Assembly (NCBI GenBank): GCA_964016885.1
Contig: OZ024741.1
Location: 135,532,001 to 135,596,000, forward strand
Reading direction: 5' to 3'
DNA: 64,000 nt
DNA from: Eledone cirrhosa
Lineage: Eukaryota
In this document: piece by piece, positions 30,430-44,738 of the stretch
Numbering within the stretch: position 1 is the first letter of the stretch
How the letters are laid out: each line of letters opens with the position of its first letter
The notes under the pieces: generated by a model
Database searches by the model: none
What the model was told of the DNA's origin: nothing
The model's input: only the letters and a program-made list of their open reading frames with translations
Translations under genes and position numbers: made by a program

Positions 30430-31750
30430 AAAATCCTGACCGCAGTGCCAAGCGGTTTCTGCTTGTGTGTTCAGCAAACCTTTATAAGGGTGTAGTAGTA
30501 TTTGCAGGATGTGTAAAAATAGGTCACAACACTTGGTGGGATGGGGGTGGGGAGAAGAATAGTAAGTGTATCTGGACATGTAAGGGGTTAGGAAAAGGAA
30601 GTAGTATGGGTAGGGGGGAGAGATGGTTAGTGGGTAGGAGTGGAATAGGAGTAGAAGGGGTAAAAATGAATATAGGAATAGGGTGTTGAGGGGCCGTGGT
30701 GCTGAGGGTTTGATTATGTATGGACAGGGCTTTGAGGCTGAAGGAATATTTTAAAGAAAAAAAATTAAAAAAGTGGTTTATATAGAAGTAAATAGGCAAA
30801 TGGTGTGTGCTTGTGTATATGCCGTATGCACACACATAATACATACTCTTCATCACAGGTTACTAAACCCTATTATCCAATTTTATCCTATTTTTAAATC
30901 CTTATATTTTACTTGAACTTATTTCATCCTATTCACTCATTTACTTACTAATTTACTTAACCATTTGCTCATTATCAGAAATTCTAGCGATCTTACCCGA
31001 TGCAGTTTTAATGACTGACCTAATAATAGCTTCCGCGTGCATTGGGTTCTTATGTATGTAGTAGAGCGACTCACCAGACTTGTGATAAGGTCTATACGAT
31101 TCCGTGTTTAGGTCTGATGTAACATCTAAGAAGTTGACTACCCTAGTGCTATTACCTAAGTTATATGTTTTGAAGAATTTGTGATATGCTTTGTAATCCT
31201 TTCGAGTCCGGATTTGCTAATATTTATGAAGGAAAATGAAGTATCATCTCTGAATACGCCACCTTTCATAAAGTCGAATTACTTGATTAAATTATTAAGC
31301 AGGAATAGACCAACAAAGTCGATGACCTGCGATGACCCCATAGTGATGTCGAAGTTATTTGGGCGATTACTCCTTGTCCAGAGGCTACCATCAAATTCTG
31401 TTATGGTGTGTCTAGCGGCTAAGATAATGTGTATCTTAGCTTAGTGATACCGCTGTATTTCTTGTCCATTCTAACAGTTTTCATTACTAGGTAAGGGGAG
31501 ATAGCAGCATAATAGTTGTCTATATAAAACTTGAAAAATTTAGTATCAGGCTTTCTATTGAGGTAGCTAAGCCAATTAATTACGTGATTGGTGTTACACC
31601 ATAAGTTAAGTGTTACCTTTTAACTGATGGTGGGTATAATTCTATCTGGGATACTTTTGCTAATTCTACCCACATCTGAAGTTGTATGACCTATTAGCTT
31701 GATAGACGGGTTATTATTAAAGTTATTTTGATGGTCCTTATGAGTGAACC
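30430..31750 (-). pseudogene. Decayed Penelope-like element (RT remnant ~31040-31750, 3' UTR, degenerate HHR ~30436-30490)
   Basis: Minus translation WTRSNRPNNFDITMGSSQVIDFVGLFLL...GGVFRDD...VNFLDV, related to the 45738-46494 RT; GAAACCGC...GCGGTCagg stem III. Confidence 0.75.
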
Positions 31751-31974
31751 TAGCGGTTATCAAGATTGTGGAAGACCAGCAGTCACCTATGCATACCGGT
31801 CTCTCCTCTCCAAGCCACCGATGTTATCCAAGGGAATTTGAACATCAACTTGGCAGATATGTATGCATCTCTGCATGCATGCATGTGTGTGCAGGTATGG
31901 ATGTTAATGAATGTGTAGATGTGTATGTTTTGAGTTATGTTTTGAATCTGTACATGTGCAGTTATTAGATCCAG

Positions 31975-32475
31975 AATTTTAGGAATGTTTTACATAATTT
32001 TACTGTTCAATTAATGGATTGTACTTGTGATTTCCTAACTAGTCGTATTCTTTCTGTTTCTGTGAAGCCCAGCTTCTCAAGATTTGTACTGAGGCAGTTA
32101 CTAACATATCCCAGTGCCCCAATAATCACTGGTATAAATCTGAAGGCATAGTCAGGGTGGAGAATCTGCAGATTTCTCATTAGTTCTGCGTACATATTCA
32201 CCTTTTAGGTGATCTTTAATATTATATTGGCATCTGCTGGGCAGCTAACTTCCACTACTGTGCATGCCTTATTTTCCCTGTCCCATATCATTATATCTGG
32301 TCTCTTATGTTTGCATTTTATTGGGGTTTTGACTGAAACATTCCACGTGTACTCTTTCATATTATGTATGTATATATCTTCCACATTGCTTTAACTATTA
32401 GTGTGGTTATTATCGGAGCTATCTTTTCTAAGGATTGCATTGTTCAGTGTTTTGGCCACTACATCATGTATGTGT
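31975..32475 (-). pseudogene. RLE-type non-LTR retrotransposon endonuclease remnant (different family)
   Basis: KHKRPDIMIWD...VVEVSCP...YAEL...PVIIGALG. Confidence 0.75.
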
Positions 32476-32497
32476 GTACACATAATAATAATAATAA

Positions 32498-32685
32498 TAA
32501 TTGTTTCTACTTTTGGCACAAGGGCAGCAACTATTCCAGTGCATTACTGGTTCTTTATTCTATCGACGCCGTAAGGATGAAAGGCAAAGTGAACCTCGGC
32601 GAGATTTGAAATCAGACCGTAAAGGGCCGTAACTCTACCCTGCAAAGCATGGCGTCCAACCCTCTACCGATACTGCCAATCCACC
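32498..32685 (-). mobile_element. Family A SINE
   Basis: Reverse complement of ggtggattggcagtatcggtagagggttggacgcc...gtagaaacaattattatt. Confidence 0.85.
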
Positions 32686-32693
32686 ATATGTAT

Positions 32694-33597
<904 letters not shown>

Positions 33598-33733
33598 ATA
33601 CTTTGGGAGGGTCATGTTGCCAATAAGAAACACACGCACCATGCTTTCACTTCAATTTATTATAATAAATTTAGGAATTTATAAATTTCCGGTCGGTTGG
33701 TTGGTTCCACAACCAGATGGTTGTTTATATATT

Positions 33734-33776
33734 GTCAAAGTTCTTTCGTCACACATTCTGTGATCTCTTCAGTGAC
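33734..33776 (-). ncRNA. Type I hammerhead ribozyme
   Basis: Mirror of 33872-33914 with one stem II change. Confidence 0.7.
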
Positions 33777-33871
33777 TGGGGTTCTTTTCTTTGTTTTTTG
33801 TGCCTCTCCTTTGTTCTGTCCTACGCCATCAGAACAAAGGAGAGGCACAAAAAACAAAGAAAAGAACCCCA

Positions 33872-33914
33872 GTCACTGAAGAGGTCACAGAATGTGTGAC
33901 GAAAGAACTTTGAC
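33872..33914 (+). ncRNA. Type I hammerhead ribozyme
   Basis: gtca-CTGAAGA-g-gtcaca gaatg tgtgac-GAAAG-aa-CTT-tgac. Confidence 0.8.
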
Positions 33915-34118
33915 AATATATAAACAACCATCTGGTTGTGGAACCAACCAACCAACCGGAAATTTATAAATTCCTAAATTTATAAATTTATTATAATAAA
34001 TTGAAGTAAACACACTGGTGCGTGTGTTTCTTATTGGCAACATGACCCTCCCAAAGTATAACAACGGTTTCAACACACGTTTTCAGATAAAGAATCTTGC
34101 TAAACAAATTCAGAAACG

Positions 34119-34155
<37 letters not shown>

Positions 34156-34322
34156 TGAAAGCAACTGGTGCGTGTGTTTCTTATTGGCAACATGACCCTC
34201 CCAAAGTATAACAATATATATATATATATTTAAAATTTAACAATATATATATTGAATTTTAATTGATCAAAAGAACATCTATTTTATTAATATTTGTATT
34301 TTAATATATATATATATATATA

Positions 34323-35085
34323 TAATAACTAGAAATTGATTAACATATAAATATACATGAATAATCACAGGAGATAATTTTAGCCCGCGTGTAACCACGC
34401 ATAGCTAGTATAGGTAATATTTACCTTTAAGTATGATTAACCTTCCTTGTATATATCCCATTAAAGAAATATATTTCACCAATTAATCAGATGGTAAGTC
34501 ACGCAAAGTGGACATTATTGGATTGTCAACAAGGAAAGTGTAACAATGTCCAGCCATCCGTCCTTACAGGACGAGCCAAAATCTTCAACTAGCCGTCACC
34601 ACGTGTTGCGTCTACACAAGATAGCGGTTTCGTTTCAGTGGCGTGAATAGGTATTTGCCAACTAGAAATAGCAGTCAAATTTTCTTCAACAGAAATAGCT
34701 CTACAGTTAAGGAGCAGTATATATATATCTATATCCAAAATTAAGATAAATTAAATGAATTTAATCTAAATCGAAATTGTGGGTGTCATGTCATAAACAT
34801 GCGCCATACATCCTGGAAATTAAGCTCTAAGATAAGTCTGAGCATACAATAATAACTAGAAATTGATTAACATATAAATATACATGAATAATCGCAGGAG
34901 ATAATTTTAGCCCGCGTGTAACCACGCATAGCTAGTATAGGTAATAGTTACCTTTCAGTATGATTAATCTTCCTTGTATGCTCAGACTTATCTTAGAGCT
35001 TAATTTCCAGGATGTATAGCGCATGTTTATGACATGACACTCACAATTTCGATTTAGATTAAATTCATTTAATTTATATATAATT
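34323..35085. repeat. Direct repeat (34323-34450 / 34850-34978) nested with inverted repeat (34748-34849 / 34975-35075)
   Basis: taataactagaaattgattaac occurs twice; gtctgagcatacaa / ttgtatgctcagac. Confidence 0.75.
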
Positions 35086-35202
35086 TTTGATATATATATA
35101 TATATATCAATCATATCTTATTTTGTTTGACCCGTTTAGCTTGTTCGCTTTTTTGGCTAAGGTGGTTAATGGCTTCTTAACTATCGTCTCAGTTTGTATG
35201 AC

Positions 35203-35239
<37 letters not shown>

Positions 35240-35240
<1 letters not shown>

Positions 35241-35889
35241 TTGGCGTGGCAATAAAGTCTTTAAAATAGAAGGCTATGTGCCGTATATAGCAGTAAATGT
35301 AGTTAATATTTGTTTCTACTTTAGGCACAAGGCCAGCAATTACTCAGTTCATTACTGGTACTTTATTTTATCGACCTCGGCGGGATTTGAACTCAGATCG
35401 TAAAGGGAAGTAAATGTAGTTAATATTAGTTGGAACTTAGTTCGCATGTGATATTCTGTATGAATTCTGTATTTTGTCACAGGCCTATGCATAATTATTT
35501 TGCTGTCATTCTTATGAGTTTATAATACACGCATCGAACTGCTCAATTCACAAAAGATTCTTTCCAGTGGAGAAAAGTGGCAATGATGAAACAATCACCC
35601 CATAGACCCGACTTAAATTTGTGCGATCGTTGGGTGTGCATGTTATTAAAGCAACATCTTTGAAAAATTCTTTCGCTTCATTAGAAGAGATGGCAGATGA
35701 ATCGTTGCGGTGGTTTCGACAATTGCTGAAGGAACGGCTCCAGAAAGAGTTTAATGTTTTTGCATAAGCGTTGTAAAGGTGTTATTGCATTGAAAGGAGA
35801 TTATGTTTTGCAGAATAAATAAATGTAGTTTCAATATGTTGTGCATTTTCATTTAAAGGGTTATTCTAAAGACTTTATTGCCACGCCAA

Positions 35890-35890
<1 letters not shown>
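35240..35890 (+). mobile_element. Internally deleted mariner/Tc1 transposon with nested SINE
   Basis: TIR cttggcgtggcaataaagtcttta...taaagactttattgccacgccaag flanked by TA; QSPHRPDLNLCD (~35592-35627) resembles the mariner YSPDLAPCD motif; SINE 35311-35408(-) with 19-bp TSD agtaaatgtagttaatatt. Confidence 0.8.
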
Positions 35891-35934
<44 letters not shown>

Positions 35935-35980
35935 TTAGTACATTAATTTCCTATCTTCTTTAAATCACATAAATAAATAA

Positions 35981-36061
<81 letters not shown>

Positions 36062-37217
36062 TATATATATTTATGTGATTTAAAGAAGATAGGAAATTAA
36101 TGTACTAATGCATGGAGAGAAGGATATCATTGAAAGCTATCTGGCAATGTGAGAAATAGATGAGTTGAAAGAACAGCAAAGGGACATATCTTGGGATATC
36201 AATAGCGGTGGGATGTTAATGGCAGCGGGACGTATCTTGGAATATTAATGGCGGTGGGAGTGAATTAAATGTTAGTGAGAATTACCACATGTGGAAAGAT
36301 AATCAAGTGGAAATATTTTATTTAGCGTAAAAATTAATTTTTACATAAACTGAGCTGTTTAGATGTTTGAATTATGAAAGTTCAATGAAATTGTTAAAGG
36401 TTAATAATTCTCGCACATAGTACATACACACACACAGACAAATACACACGCACGCGCACACGTGTGTGCGTACCTGTGTTATGTATGTACTGAATGCAAA
36501 CATACTTTACAAATTATTTTTGTCATTTGTATGTAGAGATCTATATATGTATATTCACACATACATCTGTTCATATACAAACACACTGACGCACATACAC
36601 ACATATGTACGTACATAAGCTTAAGTACATATATATACACAAGTACATATATACACACGTATATATAGTACATTTATGTACACAAATGCACAAACATTCA
36701 CATACAAATACAAATATAAATACACACCGAAAATATACGTTTGAGTATATATACATCTAAAAGAAGTATTTTAATTTTGTAAATAATTCAATGAGAATAG
36801 ATTTAAAGTTTTAGAAGTTTAGGATATTAAAACTGAAATTGAAGTGAAAATAGATAATAGTTAAAGTAAAAACACAATATTTTTGCGTATTATCGATGAT
36901 TAAATATTGTCCAGTGTATGTATAGCAATATTTACATTTTGGGTAGAGGCGGAAATATAATTTAGAAGCGGCGAATTGGCAAAGTCTTTAAAGGGTTGGG
37001 ATGTATGCATCAGTGTTTGTTCCGTTCATAGAGCTCATGGTTCGAATCCAGCCGAGGTCAATAAACAATGAATCACTCCAGGGTAGGTAGATTAACGGAA
37101 TTGTTTAAAAGGTTAGTTGGGATGTTTTGCAATATCTGGTCCGTATCAGTATCTTCTGAGTTAAAATCTCGTCTCCTTCTGCCAGGTATTGCAACTGGCA
37201 GATATTATAAGCTTACA

Positions 37218-37350
37218 ATGAAAGGCAAAGTTAACCTTGGCTGAGTTCAAATCCCGCCAAGGTTAACTTTGCCTTTCATCCTTACAGTCGATAAAATAAA
37301 GTACCAGTTATGCACTGGTTAATTGCTGGCCTTGTGCCAAAAGTAGAAAG
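37218..37350 (+). mobile_element. Family A SINE with 5' inversion and TSD aagcttacaat
   Basis: atgaaaggcaaagttaaccttggc inverts gccaaggttaactttgcctttcat. Confidence 0.8.
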
Positions 37351-39152
37351 CTTACAATAAAAGAACTCCTCAGGGCAGTGACGTAGTCAATAAAAAAATC
37401 TATCGTCAAGTCAAAGCTTTACTTTTCCTAGGATAAAATACGATGACGACGAATAAGATTAACATATCCTATTGGGGAAGTTGAACAATTCTGTGTGGGC
37501 AATGAAATATGCGTTCGGAACATCTATTACGAAGTTGTATCTCGACATATCAATATCATAGACCTCTGTAGTGTGCAGGTTACAAGTTTTTATCAGTCGT
37601 CTATAATTTCCCTTTTAAATTAAACCAAGGGTTTTCTTTTTCATTTTAACTCGTATATGAATTTAAGTAACGCAGCGTGGTTTGAGTAAGTCGATTTGAA
37701 CTTGAGAGGATCTGAGATGGACATATATTATGGCCAATGCATATATTATTTGTTTCTACTGTTACCTGTTAATATTTTGATTATAAAACACATTTATCAA
37801 TTTATTGCAATTACAATAGTTTGTAGTAATCATGGTTGTTTCTGTTCTCAATATATGCGGGCTAGAAGTAGCCATACTTTGAGTACAATTTATTTGTTCT
37901 AAGCTAGTTCTAAATGTTTGTTAGCATTTACAGCGGTGAGCTACAGCAGGAATATAAAATTGAAGAGCGTTTTGGGTGTGTTAGTTCATGATGACGATGA
38001 AGATGGGGATTCTTCCTTCGGTTTCGACAATGGGCATTCAATGTTTCGATTACCTTGAACAGCCACTTGGATCAAACTCCATATTTCATTCGATCAGGTA
38101 TTATTGAAAGATATGTTGAGTCTAACTGGTCTCATCGAAAAATGAAATTGTACCAACTGAAATATCTGAAGGTAGTTTCAGTCATTGATCTTGTTATGTA
38201 TGTGTTGCTGTTTAGAACATATCATAAAATAACAGATATCGAAATGTAGGATAGTGTTTAGTTCATTATTATGTGGGGTCGTTGAGTATGCTGTTATATT
38301 TCTTCACATTTAACTAGAGATTTTTCTACAATCTAATAACAAGTTGTTGTTGTTGTTGTTGTTTCTGGCACGTATACGAAAGAAATGAAAGAATTGATAT
38401 AATGTTTATCGTTACTTTGATCCTCTGCACGGAATGTATCTGTGTTAGTTAATAATGTGTCGTTTCAGTTGTGCGCATTTGACAGACAATAGCAGTTGTA
38501 GATGAGGTAGTTCAAAAAATATATTTATTTCAAGTTTGTGGAAAGGAAGTAAGACGAAATTACCGCCAGCGAATAGAAGGCATCAAGACGAAAATAGAAA
38601 CAGAATATATATTTTAAAATACCGAATATGTACTGGGGCTGAAATAAAGAGAAACAATTTCAGAGGTTAAAAGAGATAAATATTAAGAAACAATAGTTAT
38701 TTAATAACTAAAAATCAAAAGATAAAGGTAACAAAAGAAATAACGGGAGATGAAATAAAAAAGATGAAAGATACAAAATGAGATAAAATGTATAATAACA
38801 AATAAGGTGAAAGAAAAATGGTAAGGAGTGATAACAGAAGCAAACTGTTAATGTAATAAACAAGAGATAAAAAATTCTGTGAAGAATGGAATATACGATA
38901 AAATATAAAGGAACGAGGAATATACAAGTGATTATAATTAAATAAAAATACCGTAAAAAGGGCAAGTTGGATACAGAATTGAAAGGTTCCTTTCAGTCAT
39001 AAAATATGCAAGATACATACATACACGAACATACACATACTCACAGACACACACACACAATCACACACGCGCGCACATACACACACACACGCACACACCC
39101 ACACATATATATATATGTGTGCGTGTGTGTGCATGCGTGTATCCCCGGGGGG

Positions 39153-39298
39153 GTAGTAAGGTTCTCAATACATAGCAGAGCATAAATATTTAATATAGAA
39201 ATGGCTTCTACAGGACTAGAACTGTCTCATTCGAGGGAAATCATCAAGATGATTTCCTTCGAATGAAGCAGTTCTAGTCCTGTAGAAGCCATTTCTAT

Positions 39299-39301
<3 letters not shown>
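39153..39301. mobile_element. Mini fold-back hammerhead element (family H), axis inside the CUGAUGA core
   Basis: ...gggaaatcatc aa gatgatttcc...; 54-bp arms; tail homologous to 21181-21229. Confidence 0.8.
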
Positions 39302-39360
<59 letters not shown>

Positions 39361-40184
39361 TCACATGAATCAAAGTTCTGTTCAAACCATTTATTAGCTT
39401 ACAATTGTTTCGTCCAAACCGAGGTTTGAAGTCTTCGGAGCAATTTTTCAATGATTGTTTACATACATGACCTCCTTTCCAACACAAGAGACATACAGAT
39501 ACATATGTATATATCGATGCACAGTGGGGTGACATCCATTATAATATTTTAGCATGGCAATTTAAATCCAAAAATTAAAATCATATTAAAACAAAATTAA
39601 AGTTAAAATACAACATCGGCATTTTACGAAGATAATGCAAGAGGATAGTTTGTTAGTCAGTTGAAGTAGTTAGTGCATGCAATAGTTACACGTGGGGCAT
39701 GCACGTGTGTCTTATTTATATAAGATTATTGTGCGGCAAGGTGTTATATGAAATACAAGCACTTTAAGCGGGTAATCAAGAGTATTATGGAGGTTGTAGT
39801 GGTAAAGTATTTTTTGTGTATGATAAAGAAGCTTGTGTGCAGAGAAATATTATAAATGAGAAGCAAAATAATATTATGGTTTTTGTATACACCACCATTT
39901 TCACAATCCAGGAAACGTAATATATAGTTTATATGTCCTTCACATAATTAACGATGATTCAGTATTGGATGTTTGATGTATTAAGTTAAATTATTACAGC
40001 TTGTTGCGGCTCAGTGTTCTTTAATCCAATTTTATAGAGCAGGTTGTTTTTGTTGCGAGAATTTACATCGTTTTATTTTCCGGAAGTATAAAACGATGTA
40101 AATACTTATTTTCCGGAAGTATAAAACGATATACATACTTCCGGAAAATAAAACGATGTAAATTCTCGCAACAAAAACAACCGG

Positions 40185-40635
40185 CGACGCCAACAAACTC
40201 TGTTGTTCAGAATCTCGAGCACCAAACAATTTTATCAGAGTGTCCATATCTTTCTTGTGTTGTTGCATTTGTTGTTCCATCTGTTCTCTAAACAACTTTA
40301 TTAGCTCCGCTGTTTGTTGTTCCGCTATGTTTTTATGATAAACAATTTCCCGGCAATGTAGATAAATCCTATCGGTGACGCCAATAAACTCTGTTGTACC
40401 TCTCGGTACTCGCAGAGAAAACACAACGAGTTATATCAAATAATTTGTGTATTGTACGAAACAACCAAAACGCCCCTCCTCACAGTAGCAGAATAACATA
40501 AAGTAAGTGCCAGCAGCAGTCTGTGACCGAGTTTTTTAATACCAACGCTGACTGACTGCCCAGGTCACGTGATTCATATGCAAATGTGTGAGCACGTGTA
40601 AATTGAATAAAACGAATTTAATAGTCCATACAACA
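40185..40635 (-). mobile_element. LTR retrotransposon fragment: 5' LTR (40392-40635), PBS and gag start
   Basis: LTR TGTTGTA...TACAACA; PBS-like TGGCGTCACCGATAGGATT 8 nt downstream (tRNA-Ser-like); helical gag-like EQQTAELIKLFREQMEQQ. Confidence 0.6.
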
Positions 40636-41146
40636 ATGAGGTTGTGAGTTCGGTTCCCAGTCCATACAACACAAGGTATATTAGTAGGTAATTGAATTAC
40701 GTGGCCCATGGGTGTTCAACAAGTATATAGACAGGTACCACATAAATACAAGCCATACACAAGCAAAGCGGGGTTATTACATTATAAAGCTGAAGCAAAA
40801 AACCTAACAGCAATGGTTTAGTTACTGTAAAAAACACACATCTGGCAAAGAGTTACTACATATGCATATTTACCGTAAAGGTTAGACCAATCGGTTACAT
40901 ATGCCCCGATTGTCTAGGGGTTATAGAGATATTGTATTGTCAGTAGATAACAAATCAGTCCAGATTATACAACAAATGTAGATCGTCCATAAAGCATAAA
41001 TTAGTTGGATTTATACGATGACCTAAACATAACATCACATCTAGTAACATGGTGGATTTAGATATCAAACAAATCTCCACATGTATAAGATCCCAGACCG
41101 TGAAGCATAATGTGTTCAAGTTTCAGTTCCAGATTATATATATCTA

Positions 41147-41554
41147 TAAAAGGAAAAGAAAATGCTGACAAATTGTTCCCAGTGAAAAGTAGTTTAATTA
41201 GGAATGAGTAAAAATTAGTAATAGTATTGGTTAGTATTCAGTTTTGGTTTTAAGTTTTTACCGGTTGCGCATTTTTAATGCTTTTCAAAAATAATTTTGA
41301 GATAGAGCGCCCGTGATGTTTGCTCTAATCAGATTAGAGCAAACATCACGGGCGCTCTATCTCAAAATTATTTTTGAAAAGCATTAGAAATGCGCAACCG
41401 GTAAAAACTTAAAACCAAAACTGAATACTAACCAATACTATTACTAATTTTTACTTGTTCCTAATTAAACTACTTTTCACTGGGAACAATTTCTCAGCAT
41501 TTTCTTTTCCTTTTACCAATATATGATAACTCGTGTGTTACACTTCTATTCTTT

Positions 41555-41560
<6 letters not shown>
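41147..41560. mobile_element. Fold-back element, 184-bp arms (to 41515), 1-nt loop at 41331, tail, degenerate hammerhead
   Basis: ctctaatc-a-gattagag; ttt-ttgaaaa-gcat tagaa atgc-GCAAC-cg-GTA-aaa. Confidence 0.8.
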
Positions 41561-41627
<67 letters not shown>

Positions 41628-41672
41628 AAGTTAAATAAAAAGTCAAATGATTAAAATTTAGCTTCGTTTATT

Positions 41673-41727
41673 ACTGCTATATATATTTCAGTGACAGCCA
41701 TCTTTGGCTGTGACCTCTTCAGGCAGT
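41673..41727 (-). ncRNA. Type I hammerhead ribozyme in PLE pLTR
   Basis: ACUGC-CUGAAGA-ggucacagcc aaagau ggcugucacu-GAAAU-auau-AUA-GCAGU followed by AAUAAA. Confidence 0.85.
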
Positions 41728-43059
41728 TTGAATTAGTATGGTATAGATAAGTACATATGTTGTTGAGGTGTATAATATTGTCAATACTCTGATATGCCCA
41801 GTTCCTGGTTGGGTTGTTATTTCACTGAGGAACTGGAATCATATGAATTCGAACAAACCAATTTCAGTGTCAAAGGTCCTCTTCTCCTCTCATTGGTCAG
41901 TTATTAGAACATTCCTCATTGTAAGTGTTGTTATTGTTGGAGTTAGCTTAAAAAATTGATAAAATGGTACAAGGGACAAGGTGTTAAAGGAACAAAATAA
42001 CAAAAAAAGTGTCAAACTTCCCATTGGTCTGTTCTGAGAGCATTCCTCAGTCAGATGTCTATAGAATTCTTTCTGGGGTGAGGCTCCCTGTAGTGTTTTT
42101 GTTTGCTATTGTTAAGTACATTTGACCTCAACCATTATTTTGGTAGTGTTGTTGGTGTTGTGGTCAGCTTATATCTTGCTGCTGCTAACAATTTAGAAGT
42201 ATCCAGTGTGTGTTTTTTCTTCATCCCTCCTGCCACCATCTCTCATAGTGGTGGTGGTGGTGGTGGGGTGGTGGGTGGTTCTTCCATGTATATGAAGAAA
42301 TATAAGGCAATAAATGAAGAAAACAGAAAATAAATAAATAATATAATAAAATAATTAATATAATTTGTATAATTTGAAAATTTGAAAATAAATAAATAAA
42401 TAGAGAATAAAGAATAAAGAATAAATGAAAAATTGGTGAAAAAGTAATGAAAATGAATATGGAGAAGTGAAAAATAATGTAGGATAAAGTGTGTGTGTGC
42501 TATAACCAATCTCAAGGTCAGAAATATGTTGGATAGATTGGTATGAGGACAAGATGTTAAGATAAGATAATCAAACTAAATGTGTTTGTGTTATAATCAA
42601 TCTCAACTTAAAAATAAATATAAGGTGATACAGTGAAGAGGGCAGAAAACAAATAACAAATTAATAAAGAGAAATCAAGATTTAAAATTGGAACTTGAAA
42701 ATCAGAAATCTAGTAAATTAAAAAGTGTTTGTGTTATATAGATGTTGGCCAAATTGTAATGGCTGTGTCCGATTCTATCTCTAGGCTATCATGGTGTCTG
42801 CTCAGCCTGGGTTGTTCCCTATGGCTTGAGGGGAGTTCACAACCTAGGTTGTTGTTACTGCCCATATAGCTTGAGGGAGGTCTGGTCGAGAGGTGTTTTC
42901 ATGTTCTGTAGAAGTCCCTATAGCTTGAGGGGAGTTCACATCTTCTTGTGTTGCTACTGTCCATATATCTTGAGAAAGGTCCCGGCTCTAAGGTGTCTGC
43001 ATGTCCCGAAGAAGTCGGTTCTGAGGTTTATCAGGCCGCTTCCACCTCTTAGTATCTCG

Positions 43060-43385
43060 AGGGTCTTGTTCAGGCATAGTTTGCATATGCAAGACCCCCC
43101 TTTATCGGGTGGTACTTTCCTGATTATGTACTAGGCCAGAGAGTATGGGGTCCTGTCCAGCTTAAGCTTCCAGATCAGGTCGGAGAGAGCTGTGCTTTTC
43201 CTTTTGGCCTCCTTCTTGAATGAATGGTGATGGTTGTACTAGCGGTCTTTAAAGCTCGTTGATGTGGCTCCTATGTAGAGGTGTTCGGAGTTGGGGGTTT
43301 TAACCCTACAACCGTATACTAGGTTCTTCTTGAGGCATTCATTACCAAGGGGGCATGATTCGGGGTTTCTGCAGTTGCAGAGGGT
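43060..43385 (-). pseudogene. GIY-YIG endonuclease domain (PLE), with stops
   Basis: CNC...CPLGNECLKKNLVYGCRV...HLYIGATSTSFKDR*YNH...STALSDLIW. Confidence 0.8.
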
Positions 43386-44738
43386 GGTCGGCCTCTACGT
43401 GCCTAGATTAGGGTTCCCGTTATGTGTTACATGTGGTCTTCCCCCAGGCTCGGTGGGGGGGGGGGGCATGGGTCTGTTTGGGTTTCTTGGGTGGGCTCTT
43501 GGACCCCCTACCCTCCTTTCACATGGTTCTGCTGAGTGTTTGTATTGCCATCTTCTGGTTGTGTGTGGTTTTTAAGCCTACTTCTGTTGATGCTAGCTAT
43601 GTGTTGGGCCAAATTTCTCGTGGTGGAATACGAGAGCTTCACAGTGTGTCTGTTGAAGATCCTGTGGTATCTGTGGTCCCACGGGAAGCATTTGTCAAGT
43701 GCTCCAAAGAATAATCGGGCCAAGCTTTTCTTTAGGGCCGCTGAGTAGGGTGGGTTGTACCACGTGATTTTTCGGTGTCTCCTCCTATATGTATGGGTCG
43801 GGGGAGTCGTGATTTGTTGGAGATTTGTTGGGTTGCTGGTGGTTTCCGCACTGTTGCTTCCCCTTTGGGCTCTATGCTTTTTGTTATCTTCACGGCCCGA
43901 ATTTGTGGGGTGGTCGTTGTCCGCCCCGGGAGATCCATCGTGGGGTGGTCCCCCGTTTCCCCCCTCCCCTACGTATCCTGCGGTTGGGGTCGTCTGTCCT
44001 GGGGTGGTTAGCGTCACGCCTGAGATTGCTACTCATATTGTGCTCCATCTCGTGGTCAAGCGCACTAGTCCCCACCACCCGTGTGGTGGTGTCTGGCACA
44101 TGGTGCCTATTTGATTCTGCTCTGCTTGTATTGTTAGGGTTCGCCCTCCCCCCGGTCAACGCGGTTGTGGGTGTCTGTTGGGCTATCCCCATCCCGGCTT
44201 TTCGGACTATATGTTATATTTTGGCCATGTGCCGCCTTCTTTAGAGCTGCGTTGTAATATTCCGCGTGGTTATTAAATATTTCTTTACTTGCGTACAGGC
44301 TGGAGATCCTGTCCGAGACACTCTTCACCACTGCCTTGGTTATGGATCTAGGGTGGTTTGATTTGGCGTTAACATATACGAGTTTCTCGTTGGGCTTGTG
44401 GTAGGGGTAGTATTGCTCGGTATTCAGGTTTAGGGTGGTGTCTAGGAAGTTAACTACCTTCCTACTGGGGTCTATTTCTATGCTGAGCCCCTGGTTCTTA
44501 AAGAAATGGCGAATACGCCTCCTCATACCCTCCAACATATTGGTGCTGTGGTCATATACTGTGAATAGAGCATCGTCACGATATAATCCGCCGCCCAGGC
44601 AGGGGATTTCATCTTTTATCTGCTTCAGCATGTAGAGCCCAACCAGGTCCGTTACCTGCGCTGAGTCGCTGGAGCCCATCGTGATGTCAAAGTTATTTGG
44701 CCAATCACTCCTGGTCCAAAAGTCTCCATCGGAGCGGA

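Noticed and set aside
43291-44244. Multiple + strand ORFs in a GC-rich block
   Set aside because: Antisense to the Penelope linker region.
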